The notes: a model not told the origin generated them from the letters alone. Numbered from the whole stretch's first letter, positions 21,501-33,407 are shown. The stretch is 61,296 bases of DNA, filler included, from 10 parts of 10 records of this genome joined end to end with filler, not necessarily neighbours in it; one strand, 5' to 3'. Numbers and translations are program-made.

Positions 21501-24500
21501 TACCAGCAATTGACGCCAGCGTCAAAAGGAAGAAAATGAAAATGACCAGTGAGATAATTGCATCAATACCTGAGAATGCCTTGCTCGCCATCTCCTTTAC
21601 GGATTTTGAGCGGAAAATGAACTTAGCAACCCGTGCTGCCCGCACAAGTTTGAAGATTCTGAGCATCCGAAGGACTGTACTTCCTCTTGTGTCGGACTGC
21701 TGCTTGCGCATCAGCAGGATCCAATAGCTGGCAAGGCTTGCTGACACAATCATGAAATCTAGGCGGTTCAGCATATATCGGAAGTACTGACGAAACCCCA
21801 GAGACTGGAGCTTGACCAATAGCTCGAATGTGTACCATCCAGTGAATGCCGCCTCACCGATATCGAGGATCAATTTAACGTCCGGTTCTGGTCGATGGTG
21901 GTCGCATGCCAAGAACACGATGTTAACCAGCACTATGGCCGTTGTCGTGACGTCGAAGGCATCGCTTCCCATTATCCGCCGGCAACGTCTTGTCAACGGT
22001 GGATTCAAAATCTGTAAGATATGGCGACCAGAATCGTCTGCTCTGCCGCGTGCGCCGGCGCGACGCCCATCGTCGAGAAACCTTTCAACAAGTGTCTTCT
22101 TCACGCCACCTGTGGCATCAAGATTGCGTGATGCTTTGCGCACCTTGATGTAGGAGTACGCGAGCCCTGCTACAAAGAGGTTGACTGTGAACAGACCAAT
22201 CCCCACCACAGCCAGGGCAAATGTTGGCCATGCAAAGGCCGATGTCACAACAAAATTCCGTCGAAATCGATTGCATACTATGTTCCAGTTGTCAAATGTG
22301 ATGATGGCACTTGTCGTCACTAGAGAGTCTGCAAAACTGTCGAAGCCAAAATACCCGTCCGAAGGCGATGTCCGGTTGGGCTCCCAAACGAAGCATGCAG
22401 ATGAATCAGGGAACTGGATTGTGCAGTCAAATGCAGCAGGGCATTCACCCAGTATTTCGCCGCAGTCTTTGCATCCATCGAGCGCACCACATGTGACGTC
22501 AGCAACACCTTGAAACAGTTGAAAGCCCACGACGTACAGGAGGAGGAACAAAAACAGCAGCAACAGCAGTACGGCCCCGATCATAATCCGATTGCCGATG
22601 ATTGAATTCAAGATGTTTCGCACATGTACAAAGAATCGCAGTGCACGGAAAGATCGAAGCATTGCCAAAGCAAACCCTATCTTGTCTGATACGTTGAAGA
22701 AGAGAGACCCCAGGTACAGAGCCCAGACCGCCGTGATAATGACGAAATCGAACACATCCCAGCCGCTACTCAAGAAGGCCGTCTCTCCTCGTACTAGGCC
22801 GCTGACAACAATTCGCATCAGCATCTCGGCCGTGAAAATCACCATGATGAAAAAATTGACTACTGCCAGGGCAGACGTGGACTCCTGGCCAGGTGTTTGC
22901 GCCGCCATCAACCCAACATTGAAAAATATTATCAATACTAAGACTCGATCGGTGACTGGGTTTTGGATCAAATGCTGGCACCATTTACGAAAGGGCGAAT
23001 CGCTCGGGAAGAGGCCAAGGGAGAGCCCTGTCAACTCGGATTTCTGTGCGAATGCAGCTGCTAGCAGGTCATTGAGGTACTCCTCCGCGGCACCGGCGCC
23101 TTCATCTGCTGCCTCAACGACCGAGAGGATTGGCCCACTGGCCTTTGAGGTGAACGCCGATAGCTTCAGTTTGCTTCGCAAGATTCCACTTTGAGTAGGG
23201 CTTGGTGTACCACACCACCACTGTGCCCACTCAGCGAAGTCGACTTTGCCATCGCCTGAAGGATCCATCTCTCTCAGGGCCAGGAGAACATCGTACGCGT
23301 CCGCGTCAACGTGTAAGTCGTTGACCAGCTGCATCAGCTCCTTGTGACCCACAAAGCCGGTCCCAAGTGGGTCTACGCAGTCAAAAAGGGAGCGTAGTGA
23401 CCGCTTGCCATTGGAGCTACCCTTGTCGACGGCGTAAACCATCGCGCCTTTTGCCGCGTGAATCAGCCTAGTCATGCGAATTGCGCGGTGGATGTTCATG
23501 GTAACCGGATCGCGAGTCTCAGCTTTATACCACGCAAAGAACTCCTCGAGCGATACTTCACCCGATCGGTCCCGATCTAGGCCAATCCATGTGGAGTAAA
23601 ACTCCTGGGCATTTAATGACAGGCCGATGTACCCCAGCAACCTTTTGAAGTCAGCACGATCGAGAAAACCATCACCGTCTAAATCCAACTCATCAAACAG
23701 CACCGCGCCTGCATCCAACAAAACTAGGGGTGAGACAGTAACTATTTGCGGCGACGCTGGTAGCAAACTTACTCGCTTGAACCTCCTTTTTCTGGTGCTC
23801 AATACGTTTCTTGAGCAATTCGCTTGCATTTGCGCCCTCTGTACTACCCACTGCCCATTGCACAAAACCATCAAAATTGACCTCGTTCCCGAATGCATCC
23901 ATGTCGATCATCATCCCCTCCAGCTCAACGGCGCCGAGTGCTCTGCCGCTTTCGCTAGCAATACCTAAGCTCTGCAAGAGCTCGCCTAATTCGCGTACGT
24001 CCAAACTACCGCTCCCGTCTGTGTCAGCCAGCGCAAATATGGCCTTCAGCTGCTCGCGAGCCATCAAGCTTTCCGTGAGGCTATCTCCCCCGGCTCCTGC
24101 AAATGGTACCATTCGACGGACCGCGGCCAGCTTGCCGTTGTCTTGCCACTTTGCATGATAAGTTACCTTCGCAGGCTTGAACTCGATTAGATTTTTCCGA
24201 TACTCCAACTGGGCGGCTGGTATCTCTATCTGCTTCTGCATGCTGGCTGTGGCCGACGCGACTGCACTCGTTCGCTGTATGAAGTCCGTAGCCCGGCTAA
24301 GCCTTACTGCATGAGCTTTCCTCGTCATTGCATCCACGATACTCATACTCTGGTCACACAAAAGCTCGAGCTGCTTGTTCGATGCAGAGAACACGATCAC
24401 CACTGCTGCATGGTCGCCTCGCCACATTACGATCTCATACCAAGAGCAAGTCCAAAGCTCAGCGCCAGTAATTCGGTCCAGCAGACCGATGCCCTCTTTG

Positions 24501-25030
24501 TCAATTCGAAACATGACAACCGTGGGATGTTCTGGCAGGTGCGTCTGCTCGACTGTGAAGAGTCTCAACGTCTCCAGGTCTTCTGCTTCACCGTCTTGAC
24601 TCTGGAACATATCTTGGCTTTCTATTTCATCGTCGCTGTCAGACCTCGAGTGTAAATCACTGGATGTCATGCCCCAAAGGTCGAGTTTTGATTTGAGCGC
24701 TTTATCGAGCTTGGCTGTGATGCTATGCAGCATGAGCACAATCTTCTTCGCGTTGCGGCGCCCGCGAGCTGTTAGGAGCACCCGCTTCATGTTGTTCTGC
24801 AGCAAGATTGTGACAGATGAGTTGGACTGTGTCCACATGACGAGGTTTGAGTATGCATATTCAGCCACAGGGGTGGCTTCGTTGAGCAGCACCATTGCCT
24901 TCGGCCTCAAGTGTAGGATGACATCGCCCGGGCAGAAGCCGAGGTGAGTCTGGCGCACAAAGAAGATGCCACCGTTCACTGGCTTATCGTCCTCAGGTTG
25001 TTCGGTACCACCTAGCAACGGCGTGTCCAT
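15571..25030 (-). CDS. Four-domain voltage-gated cation channel alpha subunit (Cav/Nav-like fold, ~3131 aa) with N-terminal PH-like repeats and EF-hands; exons 25030-23773 and 23708-15571
   Basis: Four 6-TM repeats carry S4 motifs, pore loops (TFDNW, TGDGW, TLQGW, TGQSM) and S6 motifs (NLFVA, NLFVAIFMENF, NLFTG, NLFIALLLDNF). An IQ-like AARVLQVYARSF follows. The two ORFs join through a 64-nt phase-1 intron (gtaagt..tgcag). Confidence 0.93.
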
Positions 25031-25479
25031 CGCGGAGATGGTGCGGAGCTCGCTAGCACCGAGTGCGGCTTACGTGTCTGGCGAGTTCCGGAATCCGCAG
25101 CCCTCACACCGCACCTGCATGACCTTCACTGCTGCGTCCAACCGTGTTTTATAAAGGCTGCTGCAGAGCGCGACTCAGCGACGCGCTGTCGGCCCACGTG
25201 CCGGTCTCCAGTACACCGTTCCGTCTCTTCCGCAGAACGCCATACTACGTCCTTGACGCCCCAGAGCTAACCCATGTGCTCAGGACAATTAACCAAATGC
25301 TCGAGACTGCACACTGCAGTGACATCGACTGACGGTGCGCGTCCGCGGCGCGTGCGGGCACCCGCGGGGCAGAATCGTGTGCTCAGCAGTGCGTGTCACT
25401 GTCAGCTTGACCGTCAAGGCCTCCAGCCTTGAGCAAAGCCAACACGCATCAACCAACATGGAACCCAAGTGCGCTTTCT

Positions 25480-25992
25480 ACTCTAGCTAGTACTATACAG
25501 TACACGTACTAGTACGGTACGTGTACGGTACAGTACTGCCTGAAGGTAGTACCGTACTACTGTACTGTACTACATGTACTACTAGATCTAGAATGGCTCA
25601 CAGGTACCGTACTATGTAGCTACTAGTATAGTAGAGTACAGCTTGAAGCTGTACTACTATAATAGTATGGTACAGTACAACTGTATTGACTACTACAGTA
25701 TACCATCAACAGTAGGAACCCTACTAGCTACAATAGTACACGCAGAGCAGTGGTACGTGCATTCAATTCATCGTATTCACGGTAGCAAACAGTACTTTAT
25801 TCATAATGCTACTAGTAGCTATTATAGTACATATTACCCTCCTGCCGCGTGTCTTGTCTTGTCCACAGTACTATTCATAGTACGTGTACTAGTACATGTA
25901 TTTAGAGGAGCAGTGACCCTTCTTGAGCAGTGACCCTTTGTGAGCAACTTGAGTACTAGTACAGTATAACCAGAGAACTCACTGAGAAATAC
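25480..25992. repeat. AT-rich low-complexity tract dense in GTAC/CTAG/AGTACT words, upstream of the channel gene
   Basis: Composition shifts abruptly, with many short palindromic words (tagtacta, cagtactg, gtacgtac) and no credible ORF. Confidence 0.7.
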
Positions 25993-26092
25993 NNNNNNNN
26001 NNNNNNNNNNNNNNNNNNNNNNNNNNNNNNNNNNNNTTAATTAATTAANNNNNNNNNNNNNNNNNNNNNNNNNNNNNNNNNNNNNNNNNNNN
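25993..26092. other. Artificial contig linker
   Basis: 44N-TTAATTAATTAA-44N. Confidence 0.99.
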
Positions 26093-27416
26093 GACCTCCA
26101 CAAGATGCTAATGAGTGCGCGGCGCTCATCCCTCCCCTCGATTCCGCAGAAGACGAAGGATGCGCGAGGGAGCGGCTCCACACGAGCTGCTTCTATTGTG
26201 GTGCGCGGCCGTGTGCTGACTCAAGCTGTTGTTCGATTGTGGTGCAGTGCTCGAGGAAGAGGTTCTTCAGAAATGGGTCGAGTCGTTCCTTCGTGGCGAC
26301 GAGGAAGGGGTGGAGTTCATCGCGAAGTGGTGCACTGACCGCGCCCTCCAGGTGCGTGCCCGTCATGCTGGATGCTGGTGCATGGCATCCCTCGCCCCTC
26401 GAAGAGCGCAACGCGTAGCCTGAGCGTCTGGCGCCGTACTAACTGTTCTGTCCCACCCCGCGACCTCACGCCGCCGCAGATGTGCATCGTGCACTTCAAG
26501 GAGCGGGAACGAATAGCGCCTGGCGCGCGCATGGACGACCGGGTCTTGTTCATCGAGGAGGTGACCTACGAATCGGTGCGTCGTTTCTTTCTCCGGCACA
26601 TCGCACTGCATGACAGCTCAGGACAGCACCCAATAGCGTGCGGGTGCTTCATCACCGATGCAGTGCCGTGACTACTCAAACTTTGGAAGTGTACTCATCT
26701 GTCGTTGTGCGTTGTCGCTGCCATCGTCACCATCTTGCTCCGGCGTTATCACTGTTGCAAATGCAGGCGGTAATTGTCGACAACCAGCCCTGCCTGCTGT
26801 TCAACTTTGAGGTCCAGTCCGTCGGTGCGTGCAATGCTCTACTTCTTGGAGTGCCGCTGGCCTAACGCTCCAAGCAAGACCGTCGTCTATCTGCAATAAG
26901 AGCATAGCCTTCACTTGTTGTGTGTGCTCACTTGCGTGCACTGTACGCTCGTTGTGATCGTGTCTTCGCTGCCCTTGCAATCGTGGAATCGATCGGTGAT
27001 AGGCGCTTTCTACAATGCCGAGGGCGAGTGTGTTGCGGTGCGTATCGCAGTGCTGTCATCGCGCGTGTTAAGCACGTGTGCGCCACGCAAATTGGTTGTG
27101 CTGTGTCTTTACGTGTCGGGTGGTGTGTCACAGGGGGACCCGGACAACATTGAGAAGACGTACTACACGTGGGGCATGCAGTTGGATACCGTGGAGTGGG
27201 AAGACGAGGAAGGTGTGTCATTTTGCTTGCCGGTCCCCGCCCACGCCGCGTGTTCGAATCGCAGTCTACAAATGCGAAGAGCCACTTTGCATGGCATTGG
27301 GTTTTTCTGAGAATGCTGTCTGCATTGCCGTCGATTTGGTAGGTGACACTCATGAGAAGCTGGAGTGGAAGCTGGCCGAGTTCGTAACCCGAGGAAAGGT
27401 GCCACTGCCCATCTGA
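26093..27416 (+). CDS. TIM44: Mitochondrial import inner membrane translocase subunit TIM44, C-terminal domain; 5'-truncated, about 7 short exons
   Basis: The spliced product reads ESFLRGD...KWC...DDRVLFIEEV...NQPCLLFNFEVQSV..FYNAEGECVAGDPDNIEKTYYTWGM...EWKLAEF. This follows the Tim44 pattern (G..V.GDPD......Y.W ... W.L). Donors are gtgcgt/gtgcgc/gtgtgt. Confidence 0.82.
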
Positions 27417-27796
27417 TGGGCGCACCAGATGCGCACCATCAGATGCGGCTCTCGATGATGCGAGTAGGAGATTCGGACGCGTTCTGTGGTGGGTCGGTCG
27501 GATCGTGCTTGAGCAGCTATGTCCACTAGCAATAGTAGTTGCGCTAACAAGTGCTTTGCCGGCACGATTGAAAAAGAATGTATTGCAGCCTGCCTGAAGA
27601 CAAAGACGTCTTGATCTACTCACACCACAGCAAGTTTTCGCGCGCAGTACTGTGCACCTTGCTGCCCTGATTAACTCGAATCACCCGCACCGCAACGGCG
27701 GCGATAACCTGTTAGGTCTGAGACGTCACCCGATTAGTGCCCCTGCTTGCTACCGATTTCGGCGATGTCAGATATAAACAAACGGCGCCTAGGGGC

Positions 27797-30210
27797 CTAC
27801 TCCTCCTCAAGCTCAGGTTCGGGTTCGGGTTCGGGCTCCAAATCTGAGGCAGACCCCTCGTCGCCGAGCAGCACAGCATCGTCATCCTCTGACTCGCCTT
27901 CGTCGTCAATCTCTCCAGCTGACTTCATCTGCTCGTAGTCCTGATGAGACAAGCATTCAGACAGCACGCGCGTGTTGTGTCAGCTACAGAGGAACAGGGC
28001 GGCTGAACGTGAACAAGCTGGGCCGTAGGCTCGCGCACCACTGAATCCACATCGAGTGCTGTGCCCTCTTCTTGGCCGCCCGCCACGCGTACCAGCACCT
28101 CTCCAGTTATCGCCCCTCTGAAGTAGGTGCGGTGCGTTAAGCGCTCCTCGAACGGTTGCGCTTTCTCATTGCCCACGCACGCTCCAAGCGCGATGGCAGT
28201 GGTGCCGTGCCGTTCCGAGCCTTCCTTGTCTTTGACGCGCATGAGGACATGGCGCCGGCGGAAGAACTCGGACGTAGTGATAAAAGGGCCAAGCTTAAAC
28301 CGACCCTTGTTCTCGTAGACGCCGAGTTCCCCGGGCTTCTGCACCATCGCTATCTGATGCTTGAACTTCACTCCTTTCTTGATTTCGTCAAGGAAGGGGA
28401 AGTTGATCGTCAGCCAAAGCGAGCTGCCCGGGTTTTGCAGATCTGTCACTTGCAGTTTACTGATCTCCAGCAAAAACCGGCGATAGTTGCCCGTCTTCGG
28501 CATGTCCGGCGCGTTGAACTCGTAGGTTGCATACACAGGATCGTGATCAGACGATGTGACCTTCCAGGCGCTGTCGTACCCCGTGAGTTTGATGTCGTGG
28601 CCAGGCATTGGCTTCATCAGCACCCGGTCAGTCCAGGATGGCGTCCTATCTTTGTGGTCGGAGAAAGGTCGCGGTGCGCTGACGGTGGCGGCACTCGGAG
28701 AAAGTGGGTCCATCTTGTAGGTCGGCCGGAACGTAAGCTCGCCCTCCACGAAACCGTCCATCAAGCCCTTGCCCATTTCGCGCTTCAGTTGTTCATTTTC
28801 CAGCAGCGCGTCCAAGTTTCCTTCGTCTGCCAACTTCGTCGCCTCGACACGGTCCATTTCCACTCGGTAGTTCATGTCGCCCAGCCAGAAAGTCGTGTAC
28901 TGACAGTTGAACTCCACCTCTGTGTAGTTCCCGAAGTGAACCTCTTTCACGATGTTCTGGATGTCGTCATTCCGGGCTTCCCATTTCTCCGCGTGAGCGG
29001 CCAAGTGAGTGTTGACGAAACACATTTTGTGCCCGTTGAACTTGAGCGCGACAGCTGTGCCACCCTTGTTGCCCCAGACCTTACCGATGCCTTGCTCGGC
29101 CTGGATAGTCTCAACATCGCTGAACTTGTCTGCGTGCTCCCTTTTGGTCGCAACCCAGAGGAAGTTCTGAAACATGGCGCGCGTCGCCACGGTGACGTAC
29201 CCATCCCCGACGGCGTCCGCTAATTTCTTGTACCAGTCATTCTGTGCCCCAGAGCCAGCACCGACCGCGTTGTTCAGCGGCGACTCCTGGGTACCGACCA
29301 CGAAGATGTCCACCGAATCATCATTCGGAAGCCAGTCCCCTGCCAGGTTGGTCGACGTTTCCGTGTCGCCCTGGTTCCACGTTGACACGAAGAGCTTGAG
29401 CGGCGGCGTGCCACTTTTCGGTGTCGTGTCAGCGAGCTTTTCCTCTGACCCCTGCGGCAGCACGCCGTCGTCGATGGCGTGAATGAGCGAGCAGAAGCGT
29501 GAGCGCTCCAGTTCGTCCACGAAGACGTAGTCCCGCTCGACGCCGGATGTGCCGCAGCAGCCCCACTTGGTGACGCGCTCGATGAGGCTCATGCCGAAGT
29601 TGCCGTCAAATTCCCAGAGGTCGATGTCCAGGCTCTTTAGCGAGTAGTACTTACGGCTCATCTTCTGCGAGGGGGCGGCCGGGTTGGACGTGCGCAGAGT
29701 CTTGGCGGCCAGGTCGAGCTTGAAAATGATGGTGATCGGAGCGCTGACATCCTCTGGCGAGTCCACCCGGTACACCTTGAACTTGACGCCCGAGTGGTTC
29801 CGCAGCGCCGCGCTCTTGGCGCCCGGGAAGTACAGCGGCGCGGCCGTGTCGCTCCTGCGGCCGCCCGTGGCCTTGCTAATCGCATTCATCGGGTTGGCGA
29901 TGCTGACGACGCGAGACTTCCCGCTCTTGGACGCATCGAACTGCGCGCCCGTGCCGGCGGCGCTCAGATTGGCCTTGGCCTGCGTGGCCAGCTCCTCCTC
30001 TTCCTTGCCCTCTGCGCGGGTAAGACGGACGGAGGGTGTGCGTGAGCACACGACGAGACTGGGAGAGTCGTGGCTGGCCGGGTCCCGCCAGTGGGTGGGC
30101 GGGCGGGCGAGCGGGGCGGGGCGGGCGAACACGCTGCAGGAACTCACTGCGGAGGACCTGGGCCGCCGGAATCTTCTTATGAAGCACCATCTCCACCGAC
30201 CCCAAGTGCT
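27797..30210 (-). CDS. Inositol polyphosphate 5-phosphatase (SHIP/OCRL/INPP5B-type catalytic domain) with a probable C2-like domain; start exon uncertain
   Basis: Motifs FVSTWNQG, DIFVVGTQE, GNKGGTAV, FVNTHLAAH, FWLGDMNYR, FRPTYK, PSWTDRVL and SSDHDPV. The last exon, after a gtgcgc..gcag intron, ends EPEPEPELEEE*. Confidence 0.9.
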
Positions 30211-32201
30211 ATCCCGGACCAGGCGAGGGAGCGCCCCCCTTACTCCACCATCTCGCCCTGCACAGTCCGCCACCACCCCTGCAAAACAATCACACCGCCA
30301 ACACGCCACTCTCAGCATCCACGCCGACACACAAACACCCGCACCCGCCCACGCAAACCCCACCACTGCCCAAACCCTCAGACAACCCTCTATACGTGTC
30401 GCCCCTCAGGTATCCCCTCGCTCTACCAGGCTACCACCCGCGCCCATCTCCTCGCGAGGCCCATCCTCGACGCCCTCCTCTCCCCTATGCCAACACGCCA
30501 TCGCGCCGCAGAGGGAGCTGCCGTACGCCTCCCTCTCTCTCTCTGTCTTGCCTCCCCCTGTCTCTAAGCCCCCACTCCCCCCTCTCTGTCTCTCTCTGCC
30601 TGCCCTTCCCTCCCCGCAATCCTCTGTCTCTCTGTGGATGCCCCTCTCGCTCTGCGCGTTGCTCCCCCCCATCGTCCACCCCTACGCCACCACATCCACC
30701 ACGCCCCATATCCGCACACCCTGCTCCACGCACCTCGGAGGGGTCCCCACCCCCCGGCCGCTCCCCCGTCAGCCGCAGCCGCGCTGTCTAAACGTAACGG
30801 TTAACGGTCGCGGTTTGAAAACACGGCGAGCACTCCCCCACTCAATTGTATGGAGGAACCAGGCGGGGACGATTCGCCAACTATATTCCACGTCATCAAG
30901 GCGAACTTTCAGGCGAATCGACGGTATTACGCAATTATGACTACATACACGCTATAATATTCTCATAGTGATCACATATAATTGTGCTTAGCGTGTTTAG
31001 CATCAAATCCGTCGAGTGTTCTGTCTGGGGTTCTGACTAAAAACTATGCACAAGGCTCCGCACGTGTTCGCAGTTTAGGAGCATTGCACGGTAAATGTAA
31101 ACTATTTGGAACAAGGGTGGACTACTATATTCAGATTGACACGCAAATCAACGGGAATTCCCAGACATTCGCCGAGCGGCTCTCTTGAACTGTTTGCGGG
31201 ATTGCAGATTGCACCCAAAATCCGCAGTAAATATTCGCAATGTTTTCATAGTACACCGTGTGATTGGGTAACCGGGGCCTTGTCTGCCTGGAGCTGTCCC
31301 CCAGCACCCGACGGTTTTTCAATGAAAGACGTGTCATCATCAGTGCGGAAAGAATTGGGACAGGCACCACGCAGTCAAATGACTGGGGAATGGCTGGGCT
31401 CGCTGCGAAGTGCGATGACACTGCATGGGCCACGTCGACCGCGGGGATGGTGCGCGTGCGACCGCGGCCCTGACTTGGAAATAGCCGAACCTTGCTGAGT
31501 GAGGCTCCTGGATTCTTCGATGACCAGGGATTTTCGACTGCAGGTGACCGATTTCCACAATGTAGAAATGGTACTAAATTCCTATGAAAAGTGCAAAGGT
31601 CGCTGCGAGTTGAGGCGGTCAAGGCTGACCAATTCAATTACCGGTGAGTATTGACGATGGGATCCGCCAAAAACCTCCGCGGAGCCTCGCATTCCCAAGT
31701 GCCGGTATGTATTGAAAAGCAGTCCGGAGCAGCCAGTCCAGGCTGAGAATTCAGAATTGTCCATCAGGAGCAACAGGCTGCCTGTTTGTGCATTAGTATG
31801 GCAAAATGACTGGGGAACTGCGAGAGCTCTTTTGATGAACAAGAGTCATTTTCTGCTCCGTCAAGGTGGCCGTCTACCAACGACTTTAATCAATTCATAT
31901 ATACATTTTCATATTGAATCATTAAAGTCATTGGTAGCGGGACCGTCCCCCGTCACAGCGGTTCGTGAAAATTTGGTACTGCTGCGCACGGCGGATTTCG
32001 AGGAAATGGTCCCGTGATTGACGCCGTGTCACCCCCCATTTTCATCAACAAAACGTTGGATTTACCCCATTATCATTAACTCACTGTGCATCTAGTGTGA
32101 AAAGAGGATATATGGGATTGATTCTCAGCACTTGGACGGTATAAAAACACCTTTTTGCCACACTGTTCCGCCCCAAAAGCACGGTAAAGGTCAAGAGAGC
32201 G

Positions 32202-33407
32202 ATGCCAGCCAAGCGCAAGTCGTCCGCCAAGGGGGCCAAGGGGGCCAAGAAGACCAAGGCCGCCGCGCCCTGCTCCTTCGGCTTTTCGTACGAGGCAGGG
32301 ACGGAGGTGCCCGCCGGGCCGGGCGCCAAGTACCGGGACGAGCTCGCGGCGACGGCCAAGGCGATCGCGTGCGGTGGCAAGGGCATCCTGGCGGCGGACG
32401 AGTCGAACGGCACCGTGGGGAAGCGCTTCGCGCCGATCGGCGTCGAGAACACCGAGGAGAACCGCCGCGCCTACCGCGAGCTGCTCTTCACCACCAAGAA
32501 CCTGAGCGACTACATCTCCGGCTGCATCGTCTTCGATGAGACCATTCGCCAGAGCACCAAGAAGGGCAAGATTCCCTTCCCCAAGGTCCTGACCGACCAG
32601 GACATCGTCGTCGGCATCAAGGTCGACAAGGGCATCCAGCCGCTCTCCGGCTCCCAGGGCGAGTCCTACTGCACCGGCCTCGACGGCCTCGGCGCGCGCT
32701 GCGCCGAGTACTACGAGCTCGGCGCCCGCTTCGCCAAGTGGCGCGCCGTGCTGCAGATCCCGGACGGCGCCGAGGCGCCCTCGGAGCAGTCAATCCGCGA
32801 GAACGCCTACGGCCTGGCCCGCTACGCCGCCACCTGCCAGGAGAACGGCCTCGTCCCGATCGTCGAGCCGGAGATCCTCATGGACGGTGAGCACGACATC
32901 GGCACCGCCCAGGCGGCGGCCGAGAAGGTCTGGAACGCGTGCTACAAGGCCCTGTGCGACCAGCACGTCTTCCTCGAGGGCACCCTCCTCAAGCCGGCCA
33001 TGGTCGTCCCGGGCGCCCAGTGCAAGTCCCGCGCCAACGACAACGCCGAGGCCATCGCCCTCGCCACCGTGACGGCCCTCCGCCGTGCGGTCCCGGCGGC
33101 CATGCCCGGCGTCGTCTTCCTCTCCGGCGGCCAATCGGAGGAGGACGCCTCGCTCAACCTCTCCGCCATCAACGTGGTGGGCAAGCAGCTCGGCGCCCCG
33201 TGGACCCTAACCTTCTCGTACGGCCGCGCCCTCCAGGCGTCTGTCCTCAAGGCCTGGAACGGCTCCCCCAAGAACGTCAAGAAGGCCCAGGACGCCCTGT
33301 ACGAGCGCTGCGAGGCCAACGGCAAGGCTTCCCTCGGCGAATACCTTGGCTCCGGCAAGGCCGGCGCTGCAGGCGAGTCGCTGTACGTGAAATCGTACGC
33401 CTACTAA
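32202..33407 (+). CDS. fba: Fructose-bisphosphate aldolase, class I (intronless, strong GC3 bias)
   Basis: Motifs [29 protein letters not shown] (Schiff-base Lys), [17 protein letters not shown] and a C-terminal Tyr. Confidence 0.98.
   Translation: MPAKRKSSAKGAKGAKKTKAAAPCSFGFSYEAGTEVPAGPGAKYRDELAATAKAIACGGKGILAADESNGTVGKRFAPIGVENTEENRRAYRELLFTTKNLSDYISGCIVFDETIRQSTKKGKIPFPKVLTDQDIVVGIKVDKGIQPLSGSQGESYCTGLDGLGARCAEYYELGARFAKWRAVLQIPDGAEAPSEQSIRENAYGLARYAATCQENGLVPIVEPEILMDGEHDIGTAQAAAEKVWNACYKALCDQHVFLEGTLLKPAMVVPGAQCKSRANDNAEAIALATVTALRRAVPAAMPGVVFLSGGQSEEDASLNLSAINVVGKQLGAPWTLTFSYGRALQASVLKAWNGSPKNVKKAQDALYERCEANGKASLGEYLGSGKAGAAGESLYVKSYAY

Noticed and set aside
29684-30940. 418-aa plus-strand ORF and many other long antisense or alternative-frame ORFs
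   Set aside because: These are shadows of GC-rich real genes or of low-complexity sequence, with no domain features.
30800-32150. Lower-GC stretch with several short ORFs, possibly a mobile element or viral remnant
   Set aside because: I found no recognisable protein motif, terminal repeat or target-site duplication. It is treated as intergenic sequence between divergent genes.
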